From: a virus
Virus record (IMG/VR): IMGVR_UViG_3300037852_000046
Span: 1-64,000 of that record
Direction: 5' to 3' (one strand)
DNA length: 64,000 nucleotides
Shown in pieces: positions 55,670 through 64,000 of this stretch. Both the position numbers and the translations under genes were made by a program. The first letter of the stretch is position 1. Every line of letters starts with the position of its first letter. The notes beneath the pieces are model-generated. The model had not been told where the DNA came from. It did no database searches and saw nothing but the letters and a program-made list of their open reading frames with translations.

Positions 55670-57217
55670 ATGGCCGGACTCGGGGGGCTTCCCTACTTCA
55701 TCCAGTATTCGGGCGAGTTGCAGCAGCAGGCAGCGGCGAAGCAGAAGCAGCAACAGGACATGCTCATCTTCCAGCAACAGCAGCAGGACCGTCAGCGGCA
55801 ACAGGCCGCGCAGGCGGCGGCTGGCAATGCGCTCCCGCAACTCGTGCAACCGCCCCCGCCGATGCAGCAACCCCCGGCACCCGGTCAGGCATCGCAACCG
55901 ATGCAGCAGGCTGGCGGGGGCGTTCCATTGCCTCAAGGTCCGGTTCCCGGCCAAGTGGTGCGTCCGCCGTTGCCCCCCGGCGGCGCGCAGGGCGCTATGC
56001 CTCCGCAAGGCGTTCCGCCGTTCCGCCCGATGCCGACCACGCCCCCTCAAGCGCAGGCCGCGCCGCAGGGGGCTATTCCCGCACCCCCGGCGCAGGCCGG
56101 CGCTTCGCCTGTGAATCCGCAACAGGACCAGATGGAGGGCGGGTTCTCGCTTTCGAATATCATCCAGTCGGGGCAGAAGCAGGGGCTTTCCGGTACGGAT
56201 CTGTACGACTACGTACAGACGATGGAACCTTACATGACCTCGCAGCAGAAGGCGAAAGCGGAGCAGTTCAAGACGCAACTAGAACTGAAGAAACTTGATG
56301 CGGAAATCGCGCTTCATAGCCAGGCGGCACAGAATCAGCAACTCTCGAGGGAAGAGCGGGAGCGGCACGATCAGGCGCTAGAACGTCTCGCGACACAGCG
56401 CATTGGTATTGCGGAGCAGCGAGTCGGGATTGCTGAACGGAAAGGAGGGGCGGGTGCTGTTCCGGCCCCTGAAGCGCAGGGAGACCCTCTCAGCCCGAAA
56501 GGCACGGCGGGGTATTCGAGCGATGCAATCAAGGCACTGGGCGATGATTACGCCGTGCGCGGCCCGACTGCGCTCGCTGGGTTCGGCTACAAGAATCTGC
56601 CTCCGGCGGCACGCGCGGAAATCGTCAACTACGCCGCCGCAAAAAACGCGGCCGGGGGGCAGAACTTCGCCAGTAACAAGATCCAGTACGCGGCGGATAC
56701 TGCCGGCGCGAGGGTCAACGCCCAACAGGCCGCGAAGACGGACGCTGCATCGAACGCCTTGACCAGTGCGGGGGGAATCGGCGATCAGTTCCAGCAGGCT
56801 ATCGATGCGCTCAATCGTACCGGCGTCCCGATTGCCAATCAGGCGCAGATGCAGGCGCTTCGACTGACCAACGATCCGCGCGTCGCGACTTATGATACGG
56901 CGATGAATGGTGTTGTGTCGGAATCCGCGCAGATCCTTGGTCGTGGGCAGATCACCGTGAACTCGATGGAAGAAGCGCGCAAAGTCGTCAACGGCTGGCA
57001 TACTTCCGAACAGGCGAAGGCGGGTCTCGCGCAACTCAAGCGCGAAGCCGCGACCACGGTTAAGGCGTCTTCGGAAGAGGTAGCGAAGTCCGCGCGCACC
57101 CCGAAAGGCCAGCCGGGTGTTCAGGCGGGCGGTCCGGCTGTCGGCACCGTGGAAAGCGGCTATCGATTCAAGGGCGGCGATCCGTCATCCCCTGCCAGTT
57201 GGGAGCGTGTGCAATGA
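55670..57217 (+). CDS. Ejection protein 2
   Basis: Homolog of 15655-17214 with a different C-terminal tail. Confidence 0.65.
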   Translation: MAGLGGLPYFIQYSGELQQQAAAKQKQQQDMLIFQQQQQDRQRQQAAQAAAGNALPQLVQPPPPMQQPPAPGQASQPMQQAGGGVPLPQGPVPGQVVRPPLPPGGAQGAMPPQGVPPFRPMPTTPPQAQAAPQGAIPAPPAQAGASPVNPQQDQMEGGFSLSNIIQSGQKQGLSGTDLYDYVQTMEPYMTSQQKAKAEQFKTQLELKKLDAEIALHSQAAQNQQLSREERERHDQALERLATQRIGIAEQRVGIAERKGGAGAVPAPEAQGDPLSPKGTAGYSSDAIKALGDDYAVRGPTALAGFGYKNLPPAARAEIVNYAAAKNAAGGQNFASNKIQYAADTAGARVNAQQAAKTDAASNALTSAGGIGDQFQQAIDALNRTGVPIANQAQMQALRLTNDPRVATYDTAMNGVVSESAQILGRGQITVNSMEEARKVVNGWHTSEQAKAGLAQLKREAATTVKASSEEVAKSARTPKGQPGVQAGGPAVGTVESGYRFKGGDPSSPASWERVQ

Positions 57218-59172
57218 TGCCTTGGGAGAAGTACGCGGCGCAGGCCGCGCCGGAAGGCGCTCCGGCGATTCCACCTTGGGAGAAGTACGGCGCGCAAAAA
57301 GCCGCCGTTCCCGCTACGCCTGAGCAGCCCCAAAGCATGACAGGATTCGTGGGCGGCAATCTGGCGAAAGGCGCGGCGCAAGTTGCGGGCATGCCGGCGG
57401 AAGTCGGAAAGCAATTGCTGTCGGCCACTGAGGGGCCGGGGCGTGAGCGCTTCGAGAAACTGACGAAAGCGCCAGCGCTTCCGAAGTCAACGCAACCGAT
57501 GGCCGGCAGTCAGCAGCACATCGAGGATCTGCTCAAGCGAAACGGAATCATCACGCAGTCCGCTGAACCACGAGGACGCGGGCAGCAGATCGCGGCGGCC
57601 GGCTTGCAGGCTCTTCCTTCTGCTGTCATACCGGACGGCGGAATGAAGGCGATTCCGCGCATTGCAGCTGCGCTCGGCGGGGGCGTGGGCGGCGAGGTCG
57701 GTCGGCAGATCGGCGGCACGCCGGGGCAACTAGCAGGCGCACTGGTCGGCGGCGGCCTTGGCGGTACGGTCGGCGCGCCGCGCGGCATTCCGAAACCGCC
57801 TAGCGAACCACAGCGCGCGTCGCAGGCGTCAGGCATCCCGCTCACTCTTGGGCAAGAAACGGGCAGCAAGGCGCTCACTTCTATTGAGAACCGTCTACGT
57901 GAACTGTTCCCGTCCAAGGGTACGGCGCACGCCGACGAAGTGGCGCAGGTTACCGCAGGCGTGAAGCGTGTAGACGATCTCGCAAGCCAGATGGGTAGCG
58001 CGACAGCGGATCCGGAAGCTATTGGCAATCAATTACGCCAGTCGTACAAGGATACTGTTGGAAAAATCGACAAAATGCGTTCCTCGCAAGCCGCAACGGA
58101 CTATGGCGACGTACGCAAACTGGCGGCGGACCAGAAAGTTATCGGCTACAAAAACACGCTCGACACGCTCGATCAGATCATCGCGGCGAACAAAAATGTG
58201 CCAGCCGGCGACGCCAAGCGTATCGCAGCACAGGCACAGTCGATACGCGATCTGCTCAAAAAGCAAGGTACGGCCACGGTGGACGACGCGATGAAGACTC
58301 GCAGCGCGTGGGGCAAAGCAGCGCAGCGCACGGGGAACATCTTCTCTGACATCGATCCGAACGCCAATCAGGTATTGGCGAAGCGCCTTTTCGCAGCCGT
58401 GAATAAGGACTTCGATGACGCCAGTACAGCAAGCACTCCAATTGCCCAAGCTTTGAGGAAAGCGAACCAGAATTATGCGAAGGCTTCACAGTCGATCGAT
58501 TTCATCAAGAAATCGGCGCTCGGAAAACTGCTTGGCGAAGATGTGACCGACGCAGCATTCACCGGAAACGTCGCGTCAACCAAAGCACCAGAGGCGATAG
58601 CCAAGCGCTATCTGACGATGAACCCGAGCGAGGCGAAGTCAGTAACCGCAATCCTCCAGCAACATGATCCGCAAACCTTGCAGGACGTGAAGTCTTTCGT
58701 CCTGCGTAACGGACTGGAAGCGGCGAAGAATGACGTACCGGGGGCGGCTCCGATCTCCTTCGCCAAATTCAGGAAAGAGATAGACAAGGTACAGCCCAAG
58801 CTTCAGGAGATGGGGTTCACGAACAAGGAAATCGCGGACATCAAGGACGTTACTGACACGATGGCACGAGCGGGTGACAAGGCCGGCGCAAACCCGTCGG
58901 GTACGTCCGCAGCGCTGCACATGGGTGCAACAGGCGCGGCCGCATTTGCGCATCCTCTGGCAGCGGTTGCCTCAGTCGTAACGCCCTACGTGGCTTCCAA
59001 GGCGCTACTCACGCAACCCGGTCGGGATCTACTGCGCGCGGCGTACAACGCCACGAACGGCAAAGCACAGGCCGCAGCTATTGGAGCGCTTCGCAGTACC
59101 TTCGCACAGCCTAGTGGCCGTGATCAGAATCCGCCGACCACAGGCACACAATTAGCATCACCGCCCCAATGA
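57214..59172 (+). CDS. Ejection protein 3 (highly diverged allele)
   Basis: PWEKY twice at the N-terminus; GIPLTLGQETG and NPSGTS motifs parallel copy A. Confidence 0.65.
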   Translation: MMPWEKYAAQAAPEGAPAIPPWEKYGAQKAAVPATPEQPQSMTGFVGGNLAKGAAQVAGMPAEVGKQLLSATEGPGRERFEKLTKAPALPKSTQPMAGSQQHIEDLLKRNGIITQSAEPRGRGQQIAAAGLQALPSAVIPDGGMKAIPRIAAALGGGVGGEVGRQIGGTPGQLAGALVGGGLGGTVGAPRGIPKPPSEPQRASQASGIPLTLGQETGSKALTSIENRLRELFPSKGTAHADEVAQVTAGVKRVDDLASQMGSATADPEAIGNQLRQSYKDTVGKIDKMRSSQAATDYGDVRKLAADQKVIGYKNTLDTLDQIIAANKNVPAGDAKRIAAQAQSIRDLLKKQGTATVDDAMKTRSAWGKAAQRTGNIFSDIDPNANQVLAKRLFAAVNKDFDDASTASTPIAQALRKANQNYAKASQSIDFIKKSALGKLLGEDVTDAAFTGNVASTKAPEAIAKRYLTMNPSEAKSVTAILQQHDPQTLQDVKSFVLRNGLEAAKNDVPGAAPISFAKFRKEIDKVQPKLQEMGFTNKEIADIKDVTDTMARAGDKAGANPSGTSAALHMGATGAAAFAHPLAAVASVVTPYVASKALLTQPGRDLLRAAYNATNGKAQAAAIGALRSTFAQPSGRDQNPPTTGTQLASPPQ

Positions 59173-59199
59173 CATCGTAGAACATGTCAGGGGTTAGCA

Positions 59200-59325
59200 T
59201 CATTTCTGGTAGTTTTCCCAAGGGCCATGCACGACGGGCGGGTCGCTGCGTACAGGACTCTTAAGAATCAGGAAGTCGAAGAGCAGAACTTGCGATACGA
59301 TCAAGATTGCGGCGAATAGTTTCAT
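59200..59325 (-). CDS. 41-aa membrane-anchored peptide ending GPWENYQK; superinfection exclusion candidate
   Basis: GGGAGA RBS; TTGCTT-17 bp-TATAGT promoter; N-terminal hydrophobic helix. Confidence 0.7.
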   Translation of the reverse strand: MKLFAAILIVSQVLLFDFLILKSPVRSDPPVVHGPWENYQK

Positions 59326-59350
59326 GGTGATCTCCCAGGTTGTTACGACC

Positions 59351-59379
59351 ACTATAGCAAATGCTAAATAGGAAAGCAA
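59351..59379 (-). promoter_or_regulatory. Sigma70 promoter with operator
   Basis: TTGCTT-17 bp-TATAGT; TATAGCA-AA-TGCTAAA. Confidence 0.7.
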
Positions 59380-59380
59380 G

Positions 59381-60727
59381 GTGAAGATACTGGTTATTGA
59401 CGTTGCTTCTAACGCCTTGGATCTTTGCCTGCGGTGGCAAGCGGAAGGCAACGAGGTTAAATGGTATGACAAACCCCGAGACGACGGTTCACCTCGTCGC
59501 GCCGGAGAGGGCTTTGTCGAAAAGATCAGGGACTTTAACGACCTCCGTAAAAAATGGATCGGATGGGCCGATCTCATTTACACACCAGACAACACGTGCT
59601 ACCTCGATCTGCTCGAACCGTATCGGCGGATCGGATACCCCATCCACGGGTGCAACCTCGACACTGTGGAGTGGGAACTTGACCGTGAAATCGGTCAGAA
59701 AGTCATGCAGGAGTGCGGATTAAAAACCATTCCGGGCAAGACGTTTCACGATTACGATACGGCCGCAGCATACGTCAAAAAACAGGGCGTAGCGATGGTT
59801 TCCAAGCCTTCAGGCGACGGTGAGCGCGCCATGTCATACGTGTCGAAAAATGCTGCCGATCTGGTGTACATGCTTCAGCGGTGGAGCAAAGTAGATAAGT
59901 ACCGTAAAGCCGCTAAAGAGATGGGGTTCATCCTTCAAGAGAAGGTCAATGGTATCGCGGAGATGGCCGTTGGCGGGTGGTTCATACCGGGCGTAGGTTG
60001 GTCGAAGGCTGGATGGGTGGAAAACTTCGAACATAAATCCCTCTTCGCCGGGGATCTTGGTGTTTCGACCGGGGAGATGGGCACTATCGTACGCGTAGTG
60101 AAAAAATCAAAACTCGCGGACATGATGCTCAAGCCTGTTACTGAGCATCTGCACAAGATAGGGTATGTCGGCTATCTGGACGTAGCTACGATTATCGGGG
60201 AAGACGGCACGCCCTGGCCTCTGGAATTTACCTGCCGGGACGGCTGGCCTATCCGCCACAATCTGACCTCGTTAATTGAGGGTAGCCAGTCGCAGTGGAT
60301 GCTAGACGCTATAAACGGCAAAGATACTCTCAAGATCAAGACGGATGTAGTAAGCGCCAGTGTAGTTATGGCATTGCCTGACTTTCCCTATTCTCATGTT
60401 ACGAATCGCGAACTGTGCGACATTCCGATTTACGGGGCAGAAGACACCGGCCACGTGCATTTTTCCGAGGTAATGCTGGGCGCGGCACCGCGCGAGGTAA
60501 ACGGTAAGGTGGTTGATCTTCCTGGCCCAGTGACGGCAGGTGATTACACCCTTGTTGCAACAGGGCAGGGCGAAACAGTATCCGGCGCGCGCCGAAGCGT
60601 GTACAGTGCGCTGAAGAAAATCTCAGTGCCGAACAGCCCGTTCTATCGAATCGACATCGGCGTAAAATTGAGAAAGCAACTCCCCGAATTGCAACGGTTA
60701 GGCTTCGCTACCGGAATGGAATTTTGA
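59381..60727 (+). CDS. PurD-like ATP-grasp ligase
   Basis: Homolog of 18938-20281. Confidence 0.8.
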   Translation: MKILVIDVASNALDLCLRWQAEGNEVKWYDKPRDDGSPRRAGEGFVEKIRDFNDLRKKWIGWADLIYTPDNTCYLDLLEPYRRIGYPIHGCNLDTVEWELDREIGQKVMQECGLKTIPGKTFHDYDTAAAYVKKQGVAMVSKPSGDGERAMSYVSKNAADLVYMLQRWSKVDKYRKAAKEMGFILQEKVNGIAEMAVGGWFIPGVGWSKAGWVENFEHKSLFAGDLGVSTGEMGTIVRVVKKSKLADMMLKPVTEHLHKIGYVGYLDVATIIGEDGTPWPLEFTCRDGWPIRHNLTSLIEGSQSQWMLDAINGKDTLKIKTDVVSASVVMALPDFPYSHVTNRELCDIPIYGAEDTGHVHFSEVMLGAAPREVNGKVVDLPGPVTAGDYTLVATGQGETVSGARRSVYSALKKISVPNSPFYRIDIGVKLRKQLPELQRLGFATGMEF

Positions 60728-61245
60728 TGAAAACCTGTACTAAGTGCGGACTTACTAAAGACTTCTCCTGCTTTCGCCGCCGTGGCGAAATCGGGTACAA
60801 GCCTGACTGTAAAGACTGCGCTCGACTCTACAATCTCGCGAACCGTGAAAAGCAACTAGCGCAGATGAAAGTCTATCGCGAAGCAAACAAAGAGAAGATT
60901 CTTCCGTTCAAACAGGCGTGGAAAGAACGGAACCGCGAACAGGTCAGAGAAGCGAACAGGACGTACCAGAAAGCCGCGAAAAGTCTGATAAACGCCCGCA
61001 CAGCTAAGCGCAGGGCGTTGAAGAAAAATGCAACGCCAGCATGGGCCGACGCGGGGAAGATGAAGGAATTCTATTTTGCGGCTGATTTCCTCGGCATGGT
61101 GACCGGCGAGTGGTACCACGTCGATCACATCGTGCCTTTGCAAAGCAAACTTGTTCGCGGTTTGCACTGCGAGGAAAATTTTCAGGTTCTCCCCGGCATT
61201 GAGAACTGGAAGAAAGGCAACACCCAATGGCCGGATATGCCTTAG
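60727..61245 (+). CDS. HNH homing endonuclease (copy B only)
   Basis: CTKC..CKDC; ATPAWAD...YHVDHIVPL...GLH. Confidence 0.88.
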   Translation: MKTCTKCGLTKDFSCFRRRGEIGYKPDCKDCARLYNLANREKQLAQMKVYREANKEKILPFKQAWKERNREQVREANRTYQKAAKSLINARTAKRRALKKNATPAWADAGKMKEFYFAADFLGMVTGEWYHVDHIVPLQSKLVRGLHCEENFQVLPGIENWKKGNTQWPDMP

Positions 61246-61253
61246 GAGTCATC

Positions 61254-61403
61254 ATGCCACTCGACAAGAGTAAATCGAAATCGGCTATCGGGAAGAACAT
61301 CAAGACCGAGATGAAACACGGCAAGCCTCAGAAGCAGGCTGTGGCGATTGCGCTCAACACTGCGCGTAAGGCCGGCGCGCACATTCCGAAGAGGAAGAAG
61401 TGA
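61254..61403 (+). CDS. Small basic protein
   Basis: Homolog of 20290-20439. Confidence 0.8.
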   Translation: MPLDKSKSKSAIGKNIKTEMKHGKPQKQAVAIALNTARKAGAHIPKRKK

Positions 61404-61933
61404 CTAGCCGCGCGCGTAAAAACGGTCTGATCAGCGAGCAGTCAATCAAGGCCGCGCTTGGCGAAGCTAAGGGAGACCTCTTCCTCGCTTCGTGCGCCCT
61501 TGACTGCACGGCTCGTGAACTCGACGGTTATATCCGTCGCTCCGTCGAGTTGCAACACTTCATAGCTGCTATTGAACAGGTCAGGATCAACCCGGCCTAC
61601 TCGCGTTTGAGCGTCGAGCAGTTTGAGAATCAGCTGGCCGATCAGACTCGCGCGCTCCGGATAGAAGGGCTCAACGAAATCCATAAGCTCGCGACGATGG
61701 AATTCGGTGATAGTGCCGCCCTTGCGAAGGTCAAACTGGATGCGGCGCTCGCCCTTCGCGGTGGAGTGCAGGGTAGTGTCTCCAACAGTGAGACAGAGTC
61801 GGCGCTTGCCGAATTGAACCACCTGTATCATCAAAATGCCCCTCGTATCAAAGAGATTCGCCAGACTGTGATAACGCTTCAGGATGATCGGGAAGCGATT
61901 CCACAAGTAATCGAACAGAAGCCATATCCATGA
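61400..61933 (+). CDS. HTH protein, candidate TerS
   Basis: Homolog of 20436-20969. Confidence 0.5.
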   Translation: MTSRARKNGLISEQSIKAALGEAKGDLFLASCALDCTARELDGYIRRSVELQHFIAAIEQVRINPAYSRLSVEQFENQLADQTRALRIEGLNEIHKLATMEFGDSAALAKVKLDAALALRGGVQGSVSNSETESALAELNHLYHQNAPRIKEIRQTVITLQDDREAIPQVIEQKPYP

Positions 61934-62681
61934 GGGCCGCGTCGCGGCCTTCTTCCAGATTCTTCCAGTTCGGGGTTTCCGCCGGGTAGTGCTGGATCTT
62001 CTTCATCTGGATGTAGCCGAAGCGCGCCATTTCCTCGATCCAGTTCCGGTACCCCTTTTTGGTGATCTCGTTACGCGGATAGTCCTTGCTTTCCAGCCAG
62101 TCCCAAACCGGAATGAACTCTTCGCGCTCCGGTGCCAGGCGCTTCTGGATGTGCCAGTGTTCTTTCGGATTCAACGCCGTCTTCATGAACTGCACATTCA
62201 CGACCGGAACCCCAAGTTCCGACGCCAGTTCACTGTTCGACATCCGCTGGCCGCCGCATACGCTCCACAGGTCTTGCAGGAAGGGCACTGGCGGGAAGCG
62301 GAGGTCTACCGTCTCATCGTGTTGCGCCCAACTCACGGGGCGCGGGATGACCCCGTACGCCGCGTTACGCTGGCAGCAAGCCTCGATACGCTTCATCTGG
62401 TATGGGCACTCCACCATCAGCGTGACATCGGGCGCAAGCTCGATCTCAGGGCGCGGGTCCTGCTCGATCAGCACGCCGCCGGTCTCCTTCCACATCGTGA
62501 CCTGTCGGTCAGTCGCCGGGATCCAGCTTGCGTACTGGTGAATCGGGAGATCGTCGAGCGTGGAGCTATTGAACAGCGTCGGCTTCACGAGCGAGTACCC
62601 CCGGTTCAGGATCACGTGTGTGAACTGGTCGTAGGCGATGTGGATCGACCTTGACAGATCGTCAGTTGCGTATAGTTTCAT
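61848..62681 (-). CDS. Conserved hypothetical protein
   Basis: Homolog of 21507-22310. Confidence 0.7.
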   Translation of the reverse strand: MKLYATDDLSRSIHIAYDQFTHVILNRGYSLVKPTLFNSSTLDDLPIHQYASWIPATDRQVTMWKETGGVLIEQDPRPEIELAPDVTLMVECPYQMKRIEACCQRNAAYGVIPRPVSWAQHDETVDLRFPPVPFLQDLWSVCGGQRMSNSELASELGVPVVNVQFMKTALNPKEHWHIQKRLAPEREEFIPVWDWLESKDYPRNEITKKGYRNWIEEMARFGYIQMKKIQHYPAETPNWKNLEEGRDAALMDMASVRLLVESLPDHPEALSQSGESL

Positions 62682-63030
62682 CGATAGTAGCCTCTGGCAA
62701 ACCCAAAGCGCGCCGTGCGCATTGCCGGACCTCGAACGTTACCGCGTGGCCGAGGTCTTGCGGATCGAGCAGTCGGCGCGCGAACGCGGAGAGGTCCAGC
62801 ACAGCCTTCGTATCGTTGCGCAAGGGGGCGTATAGATTTTGCTCGCACGGCTGGCCGATCTGCGTCTCGTTCAAGCCCCGCGCTTGCTGTTGTGCGGATT
62901 GCGACATCAGTCCGGTATCGATCTCTTTCTTCGTGGCGACCGGATAGTGAACAAGCTTTTCGAGTTGCGTTACGCGCTCACCTAGTTCTTCCATGCATTG
63001 CTGCCACGTGTAGTGTGCTGGGTACATCAC
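62662..63030 (-). CDS. Hypothetical protein
   Basis: Homolog of 22307-22696. Confidence 0.65.
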   Translation of the reverse strand: MMYPAHYTWQQCMEELGERVTQLEKLVHYPVATKKEIDTGLMSQSAQQQARGLNETQIGQPCEQNLYAPLRNDTKAVLDLSAFARRLLDPQDLGHAVTFEVRQCARRALGLPEATIDETIRN

Positions 63031-64000
63031 TTTCTCCTCTTCATAGCCTGCATCAAAATGTCCTGTACTGAACGCTTGCTCTCAAGCCGCTCCAGCACAT
63101 CGAAGTCTACTGTGTCGTTCGCCAGTATGTAGTGGATGAATACTGGCCTGTCGTGCCCTGCCTGCATCTGCCTGGTCGGACCTATCCGCTCGATTATCTG
63201 TTGATGCTCTTCGAGATTCCAGTTGACGGAGAAAAAGACCAGTATGTTCCCTCCGTCCTGCAAATTAAGACCGTGGCCAGCAGAAGCAGGATGAGCAAAC
63301 AGAACCGGTATTTTCCCCGCGTTCCAAGCTCTAATAGTTTCTGGATCGGAATCAAGCACGCGGCCGCGAGGAAAAGCGGCGCGCAGACGATGCAGATCAT
63401 GCTTAAAATGATATGCCACGAGAACAGGCGAACCGCCCGATTCCTCGATGATGTCGTCAAGTGCTGCAATCTTGGCATCGTGAACCTCTGTCCAGTTTCG
63501 TGATTCATCGGTATAGATCGCGCCGTTTGCCAGCTGGAGGCATTTCTGTGTCTTGCTGGCTGCGTTCAGAGCCTCCACTTCCGTAGGTCCGAGATGCCCC
63601 TCCAGTTCTAGGAACATTCTCTTCTCCATATCCCTGTATAACGATCGTGCTTTTGCGGGCAGGTCCACAACTATCTTGTTGCTGATCGGCTCTGAGAGAT
63701 TGAAGTAGTCCTTCGCATCCAGCGATAAGCACACGTCGGATATCATCTGCTGTATCTCCGTCTGCGCACATTCCACCGGTTCCAGCCCGTAGCCGTCGTA
63801 ACTGGTCCGGAACCACCGTTGAGAGAAAGCCGCAAACGACTTGCCAAGTCTCTGGCCCCCATCCACGAACCACATCGGCCCCCATAAGTCTTTCAAGCCA
63901 TTCGGTGCCGGCGTACCCGTCAGACCAACCCATCTTGTCACCTTTCGATGTGCGACTTCCGCGAGCGCCTTGGCGCGCTTCGTACCCTGGCGCGTACGGA
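63027..64000 (-). CDS. SNF2-family helicase (5' end outside the window)
   Basis: Homolog of 22693-24063. Confidence 0.9.
   Translation of the reverse strand, partial: RTRQGTKRAKALAEVAHRKVTRWVGLTGTPAPNGLKDLWGPMWFVDGGQRLGKSFAAFSQRWFRTSYDGYGLEPVECAQTEIQQMISDVCLSLDAKDYFNLSEPISNKIVVDLPAKARSLYRDMEKRMFLELEGHLGPTEVEALNAASKTQKCLQLANGAIYTDESRNWTEVHDAKIAALDDIIEESGGSPVLVAYHFKHDLHRLRAAFPRGRVLDSDPETIRAWNAGKIPVLFAHPASAGHGLNLQDGGNILVFFSVNWNLEEHQQIIERIGPTRQMQAGHDRPVFIHYILANDTVDFDVLERLESKRSVQDILMQAMKRRK

Larger units (their letters stand above)
36101..64000. mobile_element. Related phage genome, copy B (left boundary approximate; truncated by window end)
   Basis: Same gene order as copy A with diverged alleles, three extra HNH genes and swapped fibre/ejection cassettes. 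Confidence 0.85.

Overview
The whole window is phage DNA, high-GC and consistent with a Burkholderia/betaproteobacterial podovirus (host is inferred). It holds two head-to-tail, related but clearly non-identical genome copies. Position 1 matches position 38878, so the unit is about 38.9 kb. Copy A runs from 1 to roughly 36 kb and copy B from roughly 36 kb to 64000; the exact join is not resolvable. The gene order is: TerL, four small basic peptides, portal, mini zinc peptidase, fibre, head protein, scaffold, N4-gp56-type major capsid, adaptor/tail, lysis cassette (GH19 endolysin), Asp/Asn-hydroxylase, cupin, three ejection proteins, PurD-like ATP-grasp, and a TerS-like protein. A convergent APSE-like replication module follows (SNF2 helicase, VRR-NUC, PolA, DUF2815, DUF2800, Prim-Pol/AAA helicase, iterated origin). 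I see no host genes, integrase, tRNA, CRISPR or reverse transcriptase. Comparing the two copies gives five main hypotheses. (1) Three consecutive head proteins share an N-terminal K/L-rich 'LFP[GA][VI]' leader, and a mini-M48 peptidase sits in the prohead-protease slot. (2) Ejection proteins 2 and 3 have a co-swapped C-terminal/N-terminal 'docking' motif pair, and in copy B a small antisense membrane protein carries a mimic (GPWENY) of the docking motif (PWEKY), a candidate decoy-type superinfection exclusion system. (3) Three conserved modifying enzymes flank the ejection genes. (4) A palindromic operator overlaps five promoters. (5) A 77-nt structured leader RNA starts at a predicted +1. All family calls come from motif recognition by eye, not from database searches.
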